A stretch of DNA of 64,000 bases from Lama glama (taxonomy: Eukaryota). The notes beneath the pieces are model-generated. The model searched no databases, was not told where the DNA came from, and saw only the letters and a program-made list of their open reading frames with translations. Of this stretch, positions 12,721 through 25,660 are shown piece by piece; position 1 is the stretch's first letter; each line of letters opens with the position of its first letter. Made by a program: the position numbers and the translations under genes. The stretch spans positions 106,766,001 through 106,830,000 of the forward strand of contig CM052817.1 of the NCBI GenBank assembly GCA_028534125.1, written 5' to 3'.

Positions 12721-14538
12721 TCCTCAGTTGATGGAACACAGACACCATTTGACAACACAGAGGAGGATGTATTTTTAGCATTTAGGGAGGCAGATTTCCT
12801 GGGAGGAACAGACTAATTTCCTTCTCTTTCAAGAAAATGGAGCACAGGCCAACAAGATTTGAATATTACTGTACATGTGACACCTTTTTACTAGCTAGAA
12901 ATTGAATCCAAGGATGTGAAATTTCGAGCCTAAATTATCAGCAGAATTGCTGCAGTTTTCAATTAAGAGACCTCAGCGTAGCTCCGGGCATGAGTTGTTC
13001 TCTAGCTGCGGAAGTACTTCATCTTTCCTTCTCTGTCTCTGTTTTTGTCAAGGACAGTCACACACAGACGCAGCCACAGGTTTCCACGCGTGGTCCATTT
13101 TACCCCTATGGAAACATAAGAATCCATTTCAGCATTTCAAATGAAAAAAACACTGGATATGAAAATATTTGGAGCTAGAAGAGTGTGTTTTTTGGAACTT
13201 TGGGTTCAAATGATGACAAGGATGGAAAACGTATGCAAGTTTTTTTTTTTTTAAATATACTCCTGTACGTGTGTTTTCTTATTTTTCAATTTGGCATTGT
13301 CTTCAGCTCTTTGGAGTGGAAGAGAATTACCTGGACTTAAATTTGAGAGAAAGAGAGAGGATTTTGGTTGCCAGGGGAGGATGTGGTTAAATTTTAGTAA
13401 TATTTCATTATTTGTTGATTTGATTTTTGATTCTACTTGTTGCTGGGATTCCAAAAGTAACTCAGAATCCTTGGGTGCTGCTAAGAAAAGAGGATATCTT
13501 TATCACAACCCATGTAACCAGAGCAATGGGAATCTGAGAAAACGGAGGAAGGAGAAGGCCTTGGAAATTCAAACTTTTTTTCACATGTTGGGGAGACATG
13601 GTTCTCTGAAAGCCACAGTTTCAGAGAAGAGAACACAGGACCAAAAGAAGCACACGGAGAAAGCCAAGTGTCCAAGACTAAGACAGCAGGCAGTCCACCC
13701 CCGGAGTCCTGGCCAGCGCCCCTGGGGTAGATCATGGCAGGTGACAGTCAGAGGCGTTGTGCCAAAGTCCCCAAACAATGTTTTACTAGTGTTTGTATCA
13801 TTGAAAATGCACAGCCTTCAACAATCAGAACTCAAGTATCTCTTTAGTTCCATCTGCTAGTTTTTACCAAACCCTCAATTCTAGCCGTTTCTCTGCTAAC
13901 CCCTAACCCTGTTCAGTTCTGTCTCCATCTCTTGTTCAGGAATTACTGTCCTGAAATACCTGCCATTTTTTCATTTAAATCCCACCCATTTTCAAGGCTC
14001 CAGGGAAAGCCCTCTTCTACCACAGAGCCTGAAAAGATTCCTTCCTTCCCAAAATTCCTGGAAAATTTTGTTAGTGATCTTACAAAAATGCCTTTCTTAT
14101 TGTCTTGCATTGTTAGTGTAATAGTCATAGCTAACCCTTTAGAGCTTCTTAATGTGTCTTGTCACAAAATATAATCTCCCCCTGTAAAGAGTTGATCATA
14201 AGCAAGCTCCCGGGGGTCAGAAGCCCTGTTTTGCCCTTCACGCCTACCGTTCGTGTTTTGTCTTTTGATACATTGAGACTACATCCAATGATCTGTCACC
14301 TTCTTGGAGTGGCGAGGGTTAATAAGAAACCCTGGGAATCCATTCCTGCCTCAAACTCGACACCTGCTTCATTTAGGCAGATAAAGATCAATCCGATTTT
14401 TAAGGATTTCTCAAAACTGAATTTCCAAAGCCTCTTCTGATCTTTGCCATTCTTTTGGAAATTACCTCCACTGTTGGTCTGACTTCACACCTCAGTTCCC
14501 AGCATAACCAGACAAAGTTTTCCCAAATTCCCCCAGCT

Positions 14539-14757
14539 CAGTGGTTCTCAAATGGGAGCAAGGGAGCAATTTTGTGCCTCCAGGAGTCATTTGGCAATGT
14601 CTGGGAACATTTTTGGTTTTCACAACTCGGGATGAGCTATATACATCCAGTAGGTAAAGAACAGAAGAGCTGCTGAAAGTCCTACAATGACAAGTCCCCC
14701 TACAGCCAAGAGGGACCCATCTGGAGAGGTCAGCAGTGCCAAGGGCAAAAACCTCTG
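14539..14757 (+). mobile_element. MER20 hAT DNA transposon
   Basis: 'cagtggttctcaa..catttggcaatgtctgggaacatttttggttttcacaact..cagtgccaagggcaaaaacctctg'. Confidence 0.88.
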
Positions 14758-15149
14758 CTCTCACTGAAGATTTCTCCTCCTCTTATTTTAATATTAATAT
14801 TATTATTTATTAATAATAAAATAAATACTATTTTAAAATATACAGTGCTCTACCCTGTTCATACTAGAAGCCTTTTTAGTATGATAAAGTTACTTTAATG
14901 GAACTATTTCTCCCAGCAAACCAGATGCTTATAGGCAAGCGTTGCTTTGATGCTTAAGGTATTTTGTCTCTCCCTTCCTTATGGGAACTGCTAATCTTTA
15001 CTTTGCAATTTGAAGAACTTGACGAGAAGAACTCACGCATTTGTCGTCTTTCGATGCTCTTGCTCTTGGTACTTAGCACCAGCCTCATGCTTCCCTCTAG
15101 TACCAGAGACTGGCAGCAGACCCCAGGACAAGAAAGGCAGATCCTCAGA

Positions 15150-15395
15150 ATAGTAATGCCTAACCTTTGTTAAATGCTTGCTCTCCTCCAGATACCCTTC
15201 GTGTTTAACAAGGATTATGCCAATTGATCTTCCAACAACCCTGTGTGACAGGCACTCTTATTTCACAGACGGGAAAACCGAGATGTAAGATACGTTTTTT
15301 TTATTCAAAGTCACACAGTTAACAAATTCAATATTCAAGATTCAAAAACAAGCGTTCTGCCTCCAATGACCATCTTCTCAACCAGTGAACTGTAC
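15150..15395 (-). mobile_element. MIR SINE
   Basis: 'caacaaccctgtgtgacaggcactcttatttcacagacgggaaaaccgag..caaagtcacacagt'. Confidence 0.7.
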
Positions 15396-17010
15396 CATTT
15401 GCACTCTGCTGTGTTTGACTGTATTCCTCAAGTATGGACCTCAGAACTTTTCATAACAAGGTTAGGAAAAGTATACTTTCAAACAGAAGCAAACAAATGC
15501 AAGAAAGCAGGTTATTTTCCCAATGCATTAACCAGATGAACAGTGTCAAAAATAAAACTTGTTTCTAATAAGCTGCATTTGCCTTCCATTTTCCAGAAAT
15601 CATGCAAATCTCTTCTTCTATAAAGATGAATAAGACACAGTCCCCGACCTCAAAGAATTTGTGGTGTATTAGGAGAGAACCCACCCTTTGAGGCTAGCAT
15701 CCCACAAGACCTGTGAACAAAGAGTTGTGGAGAATAGAACAGAAACAGAGAAAGGCTCAGCCTGGAAGGTAACACTGCAAGCAGCTGTTGATGGAGAAGT
15801 AAACAACATGGAGGTGACGTCAGCCAAGTGGAAAAACAGAAGGACAGACCTACGGATGCTTCTATTCTCCATGGAACTACAAGTATGTAACTCACCTGGC
15901 TAAGTAAAAAGTTCAATGTAAATCAACAGTGAAATAAAAAATTTGAAAAGAAAGAAGAGTCAAAGGATAATGCACTGTGTGAAGCTGACTGTGATCCTCA
16001 GGGCAATGGATTGGGGATTCTTGAGCAGGAGAGTGTCCTGGTCTGATCCGCCCTTGTGAAAGGTCCGCTGGGCTCCAGAGTGGAATACATATTCAAGAAG
16101 GACAAGCTCAAAGGAAGGCAAACCAGATAGGCATTTACTGCAGCAATCCCCGTGAGAAAAAGTGCCTGAACAAAAACTGTGGCCGTGGAGGTAACAGGAA
16201 GTTCTCTGCCAATAAACAGATGTTCCTTACCTGAGTTATTTCCTAAAATTTACAACCCACTACACATCACCATCAGAACAAAGTCCTTAAGCACCATCGT
16301 AAATAGATTGCTCTTCAACCAAACATCCAGCACTTCTGTGATTGCTCTTGAATTTCATGACAAAAGCATCTAGACCTTGCTCTCTAACAGTCCGAGTCAA
16401 ACCAGCATTTCATGACAGCGGATAAGATTCTCATCCGTCAAAGAATAATGAGAGATGGACAACAACTCCTAAATTCCCCACATACGGTAGGCTTTCGATA
16501 ACATTAAACCGATAATGTAAGAACTTCTTCCCGGAAGTTCTCAATAATGTGCAATCAAAACCCTTCATAGTATAGTTAGAGTTCATTTGGCCTCGTTTTG
16601 CATTATTTCCTCATATTTTAGAAGTCACACATGTATTTATCTACCTGGATTTTAGCTTTGGGGAACAATTTATTTTTAACCCCAAATTAAGAATTTTCAC
16701 TTCTGAAAGAGTAAGCCTTAAAAAAGAAACTGTTTTCTTTCAGAGCCTAATAATGCTAAATGTGCTCAGATATAGCTGACAGAAGTAAGTGTGAAAAGGC
16801 AGGAACTACTTAAACTGGATACGAAAACAGAGCATTCTTTCTGCCTCCAATAGCCTAATAAATAGCTGAAAGAATCTGGTAAAGCAATTACCTCCCTTCC
16901 CCAGGTCTTAGTTGTACGTATAATTTTCCTGGAAGGGCCCTGTACAGCCCTCTGGGTGAACTTGGGAACCTCTGCTGATGTTCATCGGCACCCTGTCCTT
17001 CTTCTAGCTT

Positions 17011-17621
17011 TGTTACAAAACCCAGGTTCACCTACCCGATGCTTGAAAGCCAATGCTCAAGAAGCAAGTGTTGCTTGGAAAGGAAAGATTGCTTTATTCA
17101 GGAAGCCAACAACCTGGGGAGAAGGTGGACCTGTGTCCAAGAGCCAGCTCTGAAGATTCTTCTCAACCATGAAAGTTTTTAAAGGAAGAAAGGGGCTCGT
17201 TGCAGTTAGTCATTTGGGGAGGGGTCAGAGTCTGGTATCGTCCACTGTGTTCAGAGTTTTTTTCTGATTGGAGGTGGTGAGGTCACAGGGTCATGCTCCA
17301 AGAAACTTGTGCTCAGCCTGAAGTCACCATCCTCTGCCTTGGTGGGAGCCTTAGTTCCTGCAGAACATGCACAGGTATTGTCCTGTGTATTTCTTGAGGA
17401 GGAACCAGGACTCTGCTTTACCACTGAACTACTGTTTCTTGACTGCTCCTCTCTTGTTTCTGCCTTCCCTCCCTTCCCTGATTGGCAGCTGTTTGATTCT
17501 GCCCTTGGAACTCAGGGAAGGTCAAGGAGGCTGCATGAAGCCTATTTCCTACAAACAAGAAATGGGGGACATGGAAAGGACTCGTACCCGGGAAGGCCCC
17601 CCAGGGTCCTGCTTGGTTTTA
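17011..17621 (-). mobile_element. ERV1-type solo LTR (family B; 5' half homologous to 38521-38980)
   Basis: Starts 'tgttac', ends 'ggtcctgcttggtttta'; near-TSD gctt/cctt; ORFs 17367-17627(+) and 38488-38757(-) give near-identical pseudo-peptides, showing homology. Confidence 0.85.
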
Positions 17622-18716
17622 CCTTAATGCTTCTCACCTTTAGGAAAATGCTTGTTTCATCGCTGTCCCTCTTTCCCTACTTGCCCTCATTGAGGGAAGA
17701 TTCTTTAGTGGCCTTTTTCATAACTGCATTCCCAGTGCAGCCAAGCATAGTGCTTGACACACAGGAAGTACTCAATAAATATTCAATGTACATTCAATAC
17801 GCGGCATAATCTGCTCATTCATCCATCCAAGCTATTCAAAAGAGACTTGAGGTGGAAAAATAAATATGAATCATGGTCAATGGGGAATGAGGCTGTGTTC
17901 TAAGTTGGGAGAAAGACTTTTTCTGTATATGGTTTTACCATTGTTTGGATTTTTATGTCATGTGCAGGTTTTTTTTTTTTCATAATGTAAAGCCTTTTTT
18001 AATTAAAAATTCTAACAGTTTTTCAACTCAATAATACATAGATTTCTTCCTTCTGTTTAGCGGAGCTCTGAGACAGAAAACGTAGCTGGAAAACAGAAAG
18101 AACATTTATTGACTCATAAATACTAAGAACCTCTTTATTCCCTAAGTATAACTAGACATAATTGTTAAGGAAAAAAAAAAGTTCTTCCTTGAAGATATTT
18201 GGGTTTGAGAACTATTACAGCAGTCATTTCAATTCTCCAGTGTTCCTGAAGTAGGCACTCATTTTGCATTAGGAAAAAGAATAGGTGGGGGAAAAGCATT
18301 AACTTAAATTGCACTACCTCATTGAAAATCCCTTTTAATGTATATTGCCTATAATAGTGATCAGAACTTCTCCACACACCATTAGCATCTGAGGACACTT
18401 TTTTCAATCCAGTCAAAAGTAACTAAATATCTCATTAGTATCTGATGATTGATTAAGGCTTTATTTGCTACTCTTTTTGTAACAAGATATAAATTTATAA
18501 TTCTATCACTATAAATGTATCACTTCCCAGTTATGTCCCTCATTAAGAAACCATTTTATAAGAGTAGCAGTTTGGACCTGAAGTAACAGAAGAGCTTTTA
18601 AAATTCCTTTTTAAATTAAATACATTGTATTATTTTGCCTAACAAGAAATTGGAGGCAGTGTGTTTTTGAGGGCGGATGGTTCTGTTATTTTTTTTCACA
18701 TTTCCCCTCTTTTCAT

Positions 18717-19190
18717 GTCAGAGCCCCAAAATGACTTCAGACGGTCTAGACATCATATCTCCAGTCAATAACCTTTGAAATCCAGAAAAGAGTAGTGCCT
18801 TTCCTTTGCTGACATAACTTTCTAGGGTCAAGATGCAGCCACTCCCACCCAAGGTGCCACATCAGCAAAATGAAGCTTAAATGATTTTTATGTCCCTGTA
18901 AGTGCTCCACCTGATGAGAAGGGCAGCACATCCCATCAGCCAATGCGCAAACACTGACCCCACTCTGGGCTGCATGCTTACTTCCTCTTCTTTCTCACCC
19001 CAAACAAGGTCGACTGTGTGGCCCCAGCCAATCAGATATTTTCTATTTTTCTCTTCCTTGCTCTTTATCCTTCATTCTGTAAAAGCTTTCTGCCTTCCAC
19101 CCCATGTTGCAGTCCTCTGAATGGAGACTGCTCACTTCATGAAGTGTTGAGCAAAAGTTCTTTGTAGCCCCTAAAATATCTTCTTTAACC
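18717..19190 (+). mobile_element. Probable ERV1-type solo LTR
   Basis: Begins 'tgtcagagccccaaaatgac', two CCAAT boxes ('agccaatg', 'agccaatcag'), TATA-like 'tgtaaaagc', LTR-like length. Confidence 0.55.
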
Positions 19191-20037
19191 ATTTTTTAAC
19201 ACCTTGGACCTCCTTTCTTAACAGAGAGGGAAACTTCCACAGAGTTGGCCAGCAGCCCTCCCTAGCCATGCTCATTTTTGAGTCGTTGGCAAAGGGAATA
19301 GAACTACCAGGGTTGTTTTCTGCTAATCAGAATGGCACGTGGTGCTGAAGAGCGACCACTCTCCTTCCCCAAGCAAATGGATGCCTGGCACCTGGAAAAT
19401 TTCCAAGTTCTGTTTGCCAGGATGGGAGACAAGGGCAACTTGACAGTCACCCAAGTGAAGTCAGTCCCATGAGTACTTTTCCTCTGATTTGCCCATTTTA
19501 AGAATAGAATCATGATTATAATTGTTGGTAGAGGCTCACTCTGATTAGGTAATTTATAATACAATAATAAATACAAAAACCAACAAATTATTTTTAGTAA
19601 GAGCAAAAAGGAATTTTTTGTTCACTAATGTATTCTATGAATTTCAAAATGAGCTAGTTGCTAGAATAACATGAATCATGGTCCTTGCCCTCATGGGGTT
19701 TCCACTGCTGTAAGCAAGATGTTAGCTCCAAAGTGAAAACATAATCACAATTGGTATGAGCATGATGATGAGGATGGAGCTGTAAGTAGTAAGAAAATAT
19801 GGGGAGGATGCTCTTCAGTTCAGAGATTCAGACTCCTCTGGGGAGCCAGAGATGAAAGGAAGTGGGTCGAGGACAGCATCCTGAGCAGAAGAAAAAGCAT
19901 GTGAAGGTTTTGACACAGGACCTAGGCCGTCATGTGTGAGAAGGGACCCTTTCCTCTGATTCAAGAAGGCAGAAAGCAAGGATGGCTCCAGGTGCAGATA
20001 AGGTGCAACAGGTTGAGAGATCCCCCTTGAACAGGCT

Positions 20038-20517
20038 TGGGGAGAAAAACTTTTCCCTTCTTCCCATCTAGGTCCTCTGGCTGGTCTAATAATTAAACTG
20101 ACATAAGACATATTAACAGGAGAAAAACAAATTTAATAATGTACATAGGGGACTCCCATAGAGACCTGAGACTCAGTGGTAGTCAGCAACTGCAGCTTAT
20201 CTACCATCCTGAGCTGAGGCAAGAAAAAGCAGGGGTCTGGGGCTTCAAAATGGAAGAGCAGAATTCACAGGAAGATGAGAAGGGCAAATATTTGGTAAAC
20301 ATGCTTGTCCCGCCACACAGGTGAGTCTCTCTGATGTAAGAAGCTAACTCTGGTGATGGTTCTTTTCCCGGTACTGGATTTCTGTCTAAATTGTTTTAGG
20401 CAGTTAAGGGGGAAGCAAAAACTCTTCCTGAGTCTGCGGGGCTTAATTGCCTTCAGCTCACAATAATCCACATGCCAATGTGGCATATTTCAGGGTGGCA
20501 TATTCTGCTCCCCTTCA
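20038..20517 (-). mobile_element. ERV1 solo LTR, MER34-like
   Basis: End 'cagctcacaataatccacatgccaatgtggcatattttcagggtggcatattctgctccccttca'-type block is the reverse complement of the MER34-group 5' end. Confidence 0.75.
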
Positions 20518-20621
20518 ATAGGGCTGATCTCTTTAGTGAAATAAGACATTGGGCAATCTGCCATAGAATACTGCCATTGACAGAAGCCATGACAAATTCA
20601 TTGTTTTAAGAGTTTTTATAT

Positions 20622-20759
20622 TTTTTTTTTGGCAGCGGAGGTAATTAGATTGATTTTTTAATTTTTATTTAATTTTTTTTAATGGAGATGCTGAGGATTG
20701 AACCCAGGACTTCATGCATGCTAAGCACACACTCTACCACTGAGCTACACCCTTCCCCC
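20622..20759 (-). mobile_element. tRNA-Ala-derived camelid-type SINE (Vic-1-like)
   Basis: 'gaggtaattag..aatggagatgctgaggattgaacccaggacttcatgcatgctaagcacacactctaccactgagctacacccttcccc'. Confidence 0.9.
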
Positions 20760-20810
20760 TTGACCAACTCATTTTCAAAATGGAGGGAGGGGAAGATTTA
20801 AAATCTCCTT

Positions 20811-21329
20811 TATGGGAGGAAAAATATCCTTTCCTTAGTCTTTTTTAGTCCTCCACTGGGAATCCTGTAACCAAAGACAGATGAACAGCATCCAAATTTA
20901 TTCCATATATGAGAAAATAATACGAATTTCTTTAATGTAAGTTTTGCATGACATGAGAGTCCTCATAAGGAAATGAAGACCTGAAAAAATGGTTAAACCT
21001 GAGTGATTTTATGCCAGGCTTGATAAAGAGTGGAGAGTCATGGAAAGACATGATAGGACAAAGGGGAGCTGAGTTAGTACCAACAGGCACAAGGTCTGCT
21101 GCTTCAGATCTGTCTCTGAGTTTCTTCTCTTTGTCAGAGATAAGGATGCTTCTCTCCTCCAGGCATAGGAAGGGCACCTCTCACAGGAGTGTTTTATGAC
21201 CTGCTTCAGAGAAAGGTCAGAAAGTCCTTCCTCCACCTGTCATTTCTCAAGTTCTTTCAGCTTGAAATATTCAATATGCCAAGTATGTATGTATCATACT
21301 TCGGGGCAATGTGCCCTGAACCCCGCCAC
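20811..21329 (-). mobile_element. ERV1 solo LTR, MER34-like
   Basis: 'ttcagcttgaaatattcaatatgccaag..catacttcggggcaatgtgccctgaacccc' MER34-group terminus. Confidence 0.75.
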
Positions 21330-21670
21330 TCCTGTGGTAGCCACAGAATGAGAAGTGACATAGGAAAGCAGGGAGCCCTGAGGTCCTCCAGGATTAGAGC
21401 TGGAAACTTAAAAAGTGTCAAGGCTGTCTTGTGCTCACCCACCCCTGGGCATCAGATTCATCATCTCAGGCTCTTCCCTTGTGAAAGGTGATATTGCTGG
21501 AGGCACCTCTTAGGGAAAAGCTTACAGCCTATAAAAGAGATGAAATGCATAATTCTCTATTGTTTGCATCCAAAACACAACCCAGCTTGACACACCCCTG
21601 AATCAAGCTCTGTGCCCAGGAGAACAAAGCACTGTTATTGACCCCCTGTGTCTTGCAGGTGGGGTCCCTC

Positions 21671-22321
21671 TGAGACAGGAAGGGGGCAGGGCACAGCCAT
21701 TCAAGGAACAACACAACAATTAACATCAGGATGGCTGAGAATTCAACCCCCAATAGGCCTTGAGGCTCAAAATAGTAGAAGATTTGACTTCCTTGAGCTT
21801 CATTTTACACTAACTGTAACATATCAGCCAAGGTGAATAACATGCCCACAGGTGCCATGGCAGTTCCAAGGCTGCCCGCAAAAGGTCAGAGAGTGGGAAA
21901 TGGCCAGCTTCCTGGAATCCCAGCCCCTTTCCCGGGGTAGTTAGACTGGTCCTCCTACTTATTAGTATATGAAGATACGAAGCCCTTAAAAACTGGCAAC
22001 ACTGCCCTGCACAGCCTCTCTCTCTCCCTCCTCTTCGGAGACAGCCCGCACTCTGTCTCTGGAGTGTGTACCTACATTTGCTCTCATCTGAGCACCCAAT
22101 CCCCACACCTCGTGGCCTTTCCTCTTATCTTTTGAAACAGCCTACAGCCTATGCAGTATGTATCTCTCTAAATAAATCTGCCTTTACTCAACTGTGACTC
22201 GCTCTTGAATCCTTTCCTGTGTGAAGCCAAGGACCCACCCTTGGCGGGGCACATCCCACGGACTCAACCCAGGCCTGGGACGCGGCCTTCCTCATGCCCC
22301 ACATCCATTTTTCCCGCATCA
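21671..22321 (+). mobile_element. MER41-like ERV1 solo LTR, copy 1
   Basis: TG..CA ends, perfect 4-bp TSD CCTC (21667-21670 / 22322-22325), AATAAA, blocks similar to recalled MER41; GAS motif TTCCTGGAA 21909-21917. Confidence 0.9.
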
Positions 22322-24175
22322 CCTCATCCAAAAGAAGAGAAAGTGGTTGGGCACAGGAGATAGTCATTACATGAAATCTCTTCCCCCAAAACAACCCAAA
22401 TGTGGCTGATAACTAAATACATAGTATTTTTTGAAATCATCTACAATTAGTTTATGTACATAAACAACACAAATCCCCTACGATTCCACTACCGAAGTTC
22501 TAAGCCACCTCACAAAGGAAGAATCGATAAAACCTTCAGCCAGTCTCAGCGTGAAGGAAAAGTTCCCATTCTTGTTTGGAAACTGTTCTTTCACTGGTTG
22601 GTTCTATGATGCTAACTTAATCTCATTCTGTGTTCCAGTTTATTCCATATCCCACGCCAGACCTTATGAGAATTTTCCTTCCATGTCTACCTGCCGATGC
22701 TCAGAATTTCACACTTGGTTCTCACTGTAGCTATCGCTGCTCTTAACTGGTTACTTCACAAATTTCTGCAAAAATGGCACAGGACAAATTATACACACAT
22801 TTATGGAAATGGTCAGCCTTGGTCTTTATCAAATACAAATCATACAATCCATATTCAATTTGCTTAGTTTCGAGTAGTATTTTTTTTAATGAACAAAAAG
22901 ACCTTGTGACTAACTATAAAAATTCAATTTCAATTCAGATAGCACCACCTGCAGAGTCATTATGAGATGATGCAATTCAAAAACCAAGCAAGCATAGCAT
23001 TTACTTGGAAGAGTCAGAGACGGAACTAAGAGGTCAGATTCTGACTTGTTATGATTTTCTCCAGCCCTGCCTCTACCTAAGCACTGTATTTTTCTTTAAG
23101 CATATTTTCCAGAAAATTTCAATGTCTACAGCTTCAACATTTCAACCGTATTTACAAACCTTGAAATCTAAAAGCGTAGCTTAAAAATGTAAAGTAGAAT
23201 CGAAAGACGTTCAAATACTTTACTTCTACTTATCCTCTTACGCTGCATAACTTTCTTTTAAAAGGCAAACAAAAGTATTTGCACGCTTGGAGAAATGTCC
23301 AACAAATCTTAAGCAACATAGAAAATACGTAACTACATTCTAGAATTGAAAAAAATATTTTTTTTTCTTTCTTCCTAATGATTGCAAATTCATGACAGAG
23401 CTCCATCCAGTCTCCAGGAATGGTTAAACCTTTGGGTTAAAGGAAATATTTATTGGCTGTTCTCTACAGCACATTAAAAATAGTTCCCTATACCTTTAAC
23501 TGTTAATTAGCTCGAGTGTTTGGTTCAGAAACCACAGCCCTGTTTCGTGTGACCTCACTGGTATGGCATCTGGGCAATTATCTTTGAGATAATGAGCCTT
23601 TTCATCCATAACAGAACAACAGGCTCTCACTTGGATTGCAAAAGATCAGAGCCAATCTGCTCCCCAGCAGGGTGCCTGCCATCCCCTTTGTATCATACCT
23701 TATTTCCAAACTAACCTTTCACATTCTGAATTAATTACAGTGTTTTCAGATCAAAAATTAATGAATTCACTTTAGCATCATTTAAGGGGATAATAGGCAC
23801 AAAATATCATACAATGTTGTGGATCCTGATACCACAGTCTGAAAGGGAAGGTAAACTACATCGCTTATGGAATGTTCTGACATGTCCTGTAGCCACCCCA
23901 GATTCTAATTTTGGTTGCTTAAGAAAGTAAAAGAAGATGTAGGGATAGTGTGCTAAATACTTCGTTGGCATTTTGATGCAGTCTAATTCCGTTCAGAAAT
24001 TAATCTGGAGGTTACCAAGCTTCCTATCAGCTTGTTCTAATAAGGTCCTTAACCTCTACCATCACCCACTCCTCTTTATTTACATCCCTGCCTTGTCGCC
24101 TCACCTATTCTTCAACACTAAACATGCCTTACCTTCTTAGGAAACACTAAATGAAGATGAGGGTCAGAGATTTGT

Positions 24176-24661
24176 TGTCGACTGAAATAAAATGCACAAC
24201 CTAAAAGTTGAGAGTTATGTTTTATTTTGCAGGTATTTCTGAGGACTTAAGCCCGGGAGACAGCCTCTCAGATGACTCTGAGGGACTGCTCCAAAGTGGC
24301 AAGGTAGAAGCCAGGATTTATGGGTTTTGCCACAAAGGCCAGGTAGTTGGAACATCAAAAGATTATTGTTAAAGAAAACCAGATATCTCACGTTAAGGAG
24401 TTTAGTGCTTTTCTATGCATGGGAAGGTGCAAACGTCTGGGCTCATTGAAAGCATCCCTTTAATGTGCATCTGGCTGTCTAGGGCTAGAATCCTGTTCCT
24501 TCCCCCAGGGGACACAGCTGAAGGTGGCAGCAGAAGCCGGGCTGCCTGCTTGTCTGCACCCGAGTTCCCTCCACTCACTGTCAGGGGTGGCGGCAGCAGC
24601 TAATGGCTTGATGCCCACAGCATCCTTTGTTTACTGATATGGCTGAAATATTTTTCATTCA
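24176..24661 (-). mobile_element. ERV1-type solo LTR (family C; homologous to 39745-40231)
   Basis: 'tgtcgactgaaataaaatgcacaacctaaaagttgagagttatg' is the reverse complement of the 3' end of 39745-40231; ends 'tttttcattca'. Confidence 0.88.
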
Positions 24662-24739
24662 CCGTTGAAACTTCGTTTCTTTAGGAGACTCTTTTCAGAA
24701 GAATGTTTGAGATAGATAAATTCAATGTAGGGATGTAGG

Positions 24740-25179
24740 TAAAGAAAAACGTATTTAGGTACTTATTAAAGACAGCAAGGAAAACTTTATTGCAGAGGGA
24801 CCACTGCTATGGGAGAGCTGCAATAGGGACAGAGGTTGAGTTCCACTCTGAATAGAACTAGGACCAGGGAGGACTTACAGCCAAGAAGCAGGGTGGGGCC
24901 AGTGGATGGAAAATTATTAAGAGGAAACCCCCAGACTAGAGGGATAGTTCCCAGACTGACTCAACATTCTTGCTGAGATCAGTGATGAAGCCTCCACAGT
25001 GAGGGGTGAGGAATTTGATCAGGTATGGAGAATGAGGAATTTTGGATAAACTGATTTAACAGGATTCTTGATGAAACTAAACCAAGCCATCCAAGGACAG
25101 AGCCCAAGTTGGTCACCTAGTTAGATGAGAGCTCAGAGAACCCTGATTCATGTTTGGTCAAAGGAGAGAATCGTCCTCA
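24740..25179 (-). mobile_element. ERV1 solo LTR, MER31/MER67 group
   Basis: 'caggattcttgatgaaact..ccaaggacagagcccaag..gctcagagaaccctgattcatgtttggtcaaaggagagaatc'; homologous to 36661-37070. Confidence 0.75.
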
Positions 25180-25299
25180 ATATGAAAACTCCTTAACATA
25201 ACCTTGAAATGCCAGAACAATCAGTCCTCTGATCGTTTTATGCTTGACTTGACTTACTCAGAAGGGAGGAATGCCAAGAAAAGGGCTGTCACCATTCCC

Positions 25300-25660
25300 T
25301 TTGTCTTAGTCAAGTTTCTTTTTATTGTAAGAAACAGAAATCCACTCAAATTAGCTCAGTCACAAAAGAAGACTTTTTATTAAGAGGACTTAGTGTAACC
25401 AAGCCTCATGATGAACTAGACCCAAGACCTGGAAAGGAGGCAGAAAGCGAAGCATCTCTCTCTCTCTTTCTCCATTTTGTTTTCTACAGACTGGTTTTTG
25501 TCTCTAAGAGCGAATCTGACTTGACCACTTTGGTTTCCTATGTCCTCCTGTTCTGAGTTGCTTTTGCAAAGAACAGTAACCACCCGATATCAACATGATT
25601 GTTGTGGCCCATATCTGTGGGCAAGAAGCTAAGGATTAATTCCCTGAGAAAGAGGTCTTG
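25300..25660 (-). mobile_element. Old MLT1-type LTR fragment
   Basis: 'cttagtcaagtttctttttattgtaagaaacagaaatccactcaaattagctcag'. Confidence 0.5.

Noticed and set aside
12269..12816. Six overlapping ORFs on both strands
   Set aside because: Expected from stop-codon scarcity in a GC-rich island; Pro/Arg/Gly/Ala-rich with no recognisable domain
13291..13860. 189-aa ORF, the longest in the track
   Set aside because: Starts at TTG, no recognisable homology or exon structure; consistent with chance
17309..17809. 166-aa ORF with similar peptides at 17367-17627 and 38488-38757
   Set aside because: The similarity reflects two copies of the same LTR family read antisense, not paralogous proteins
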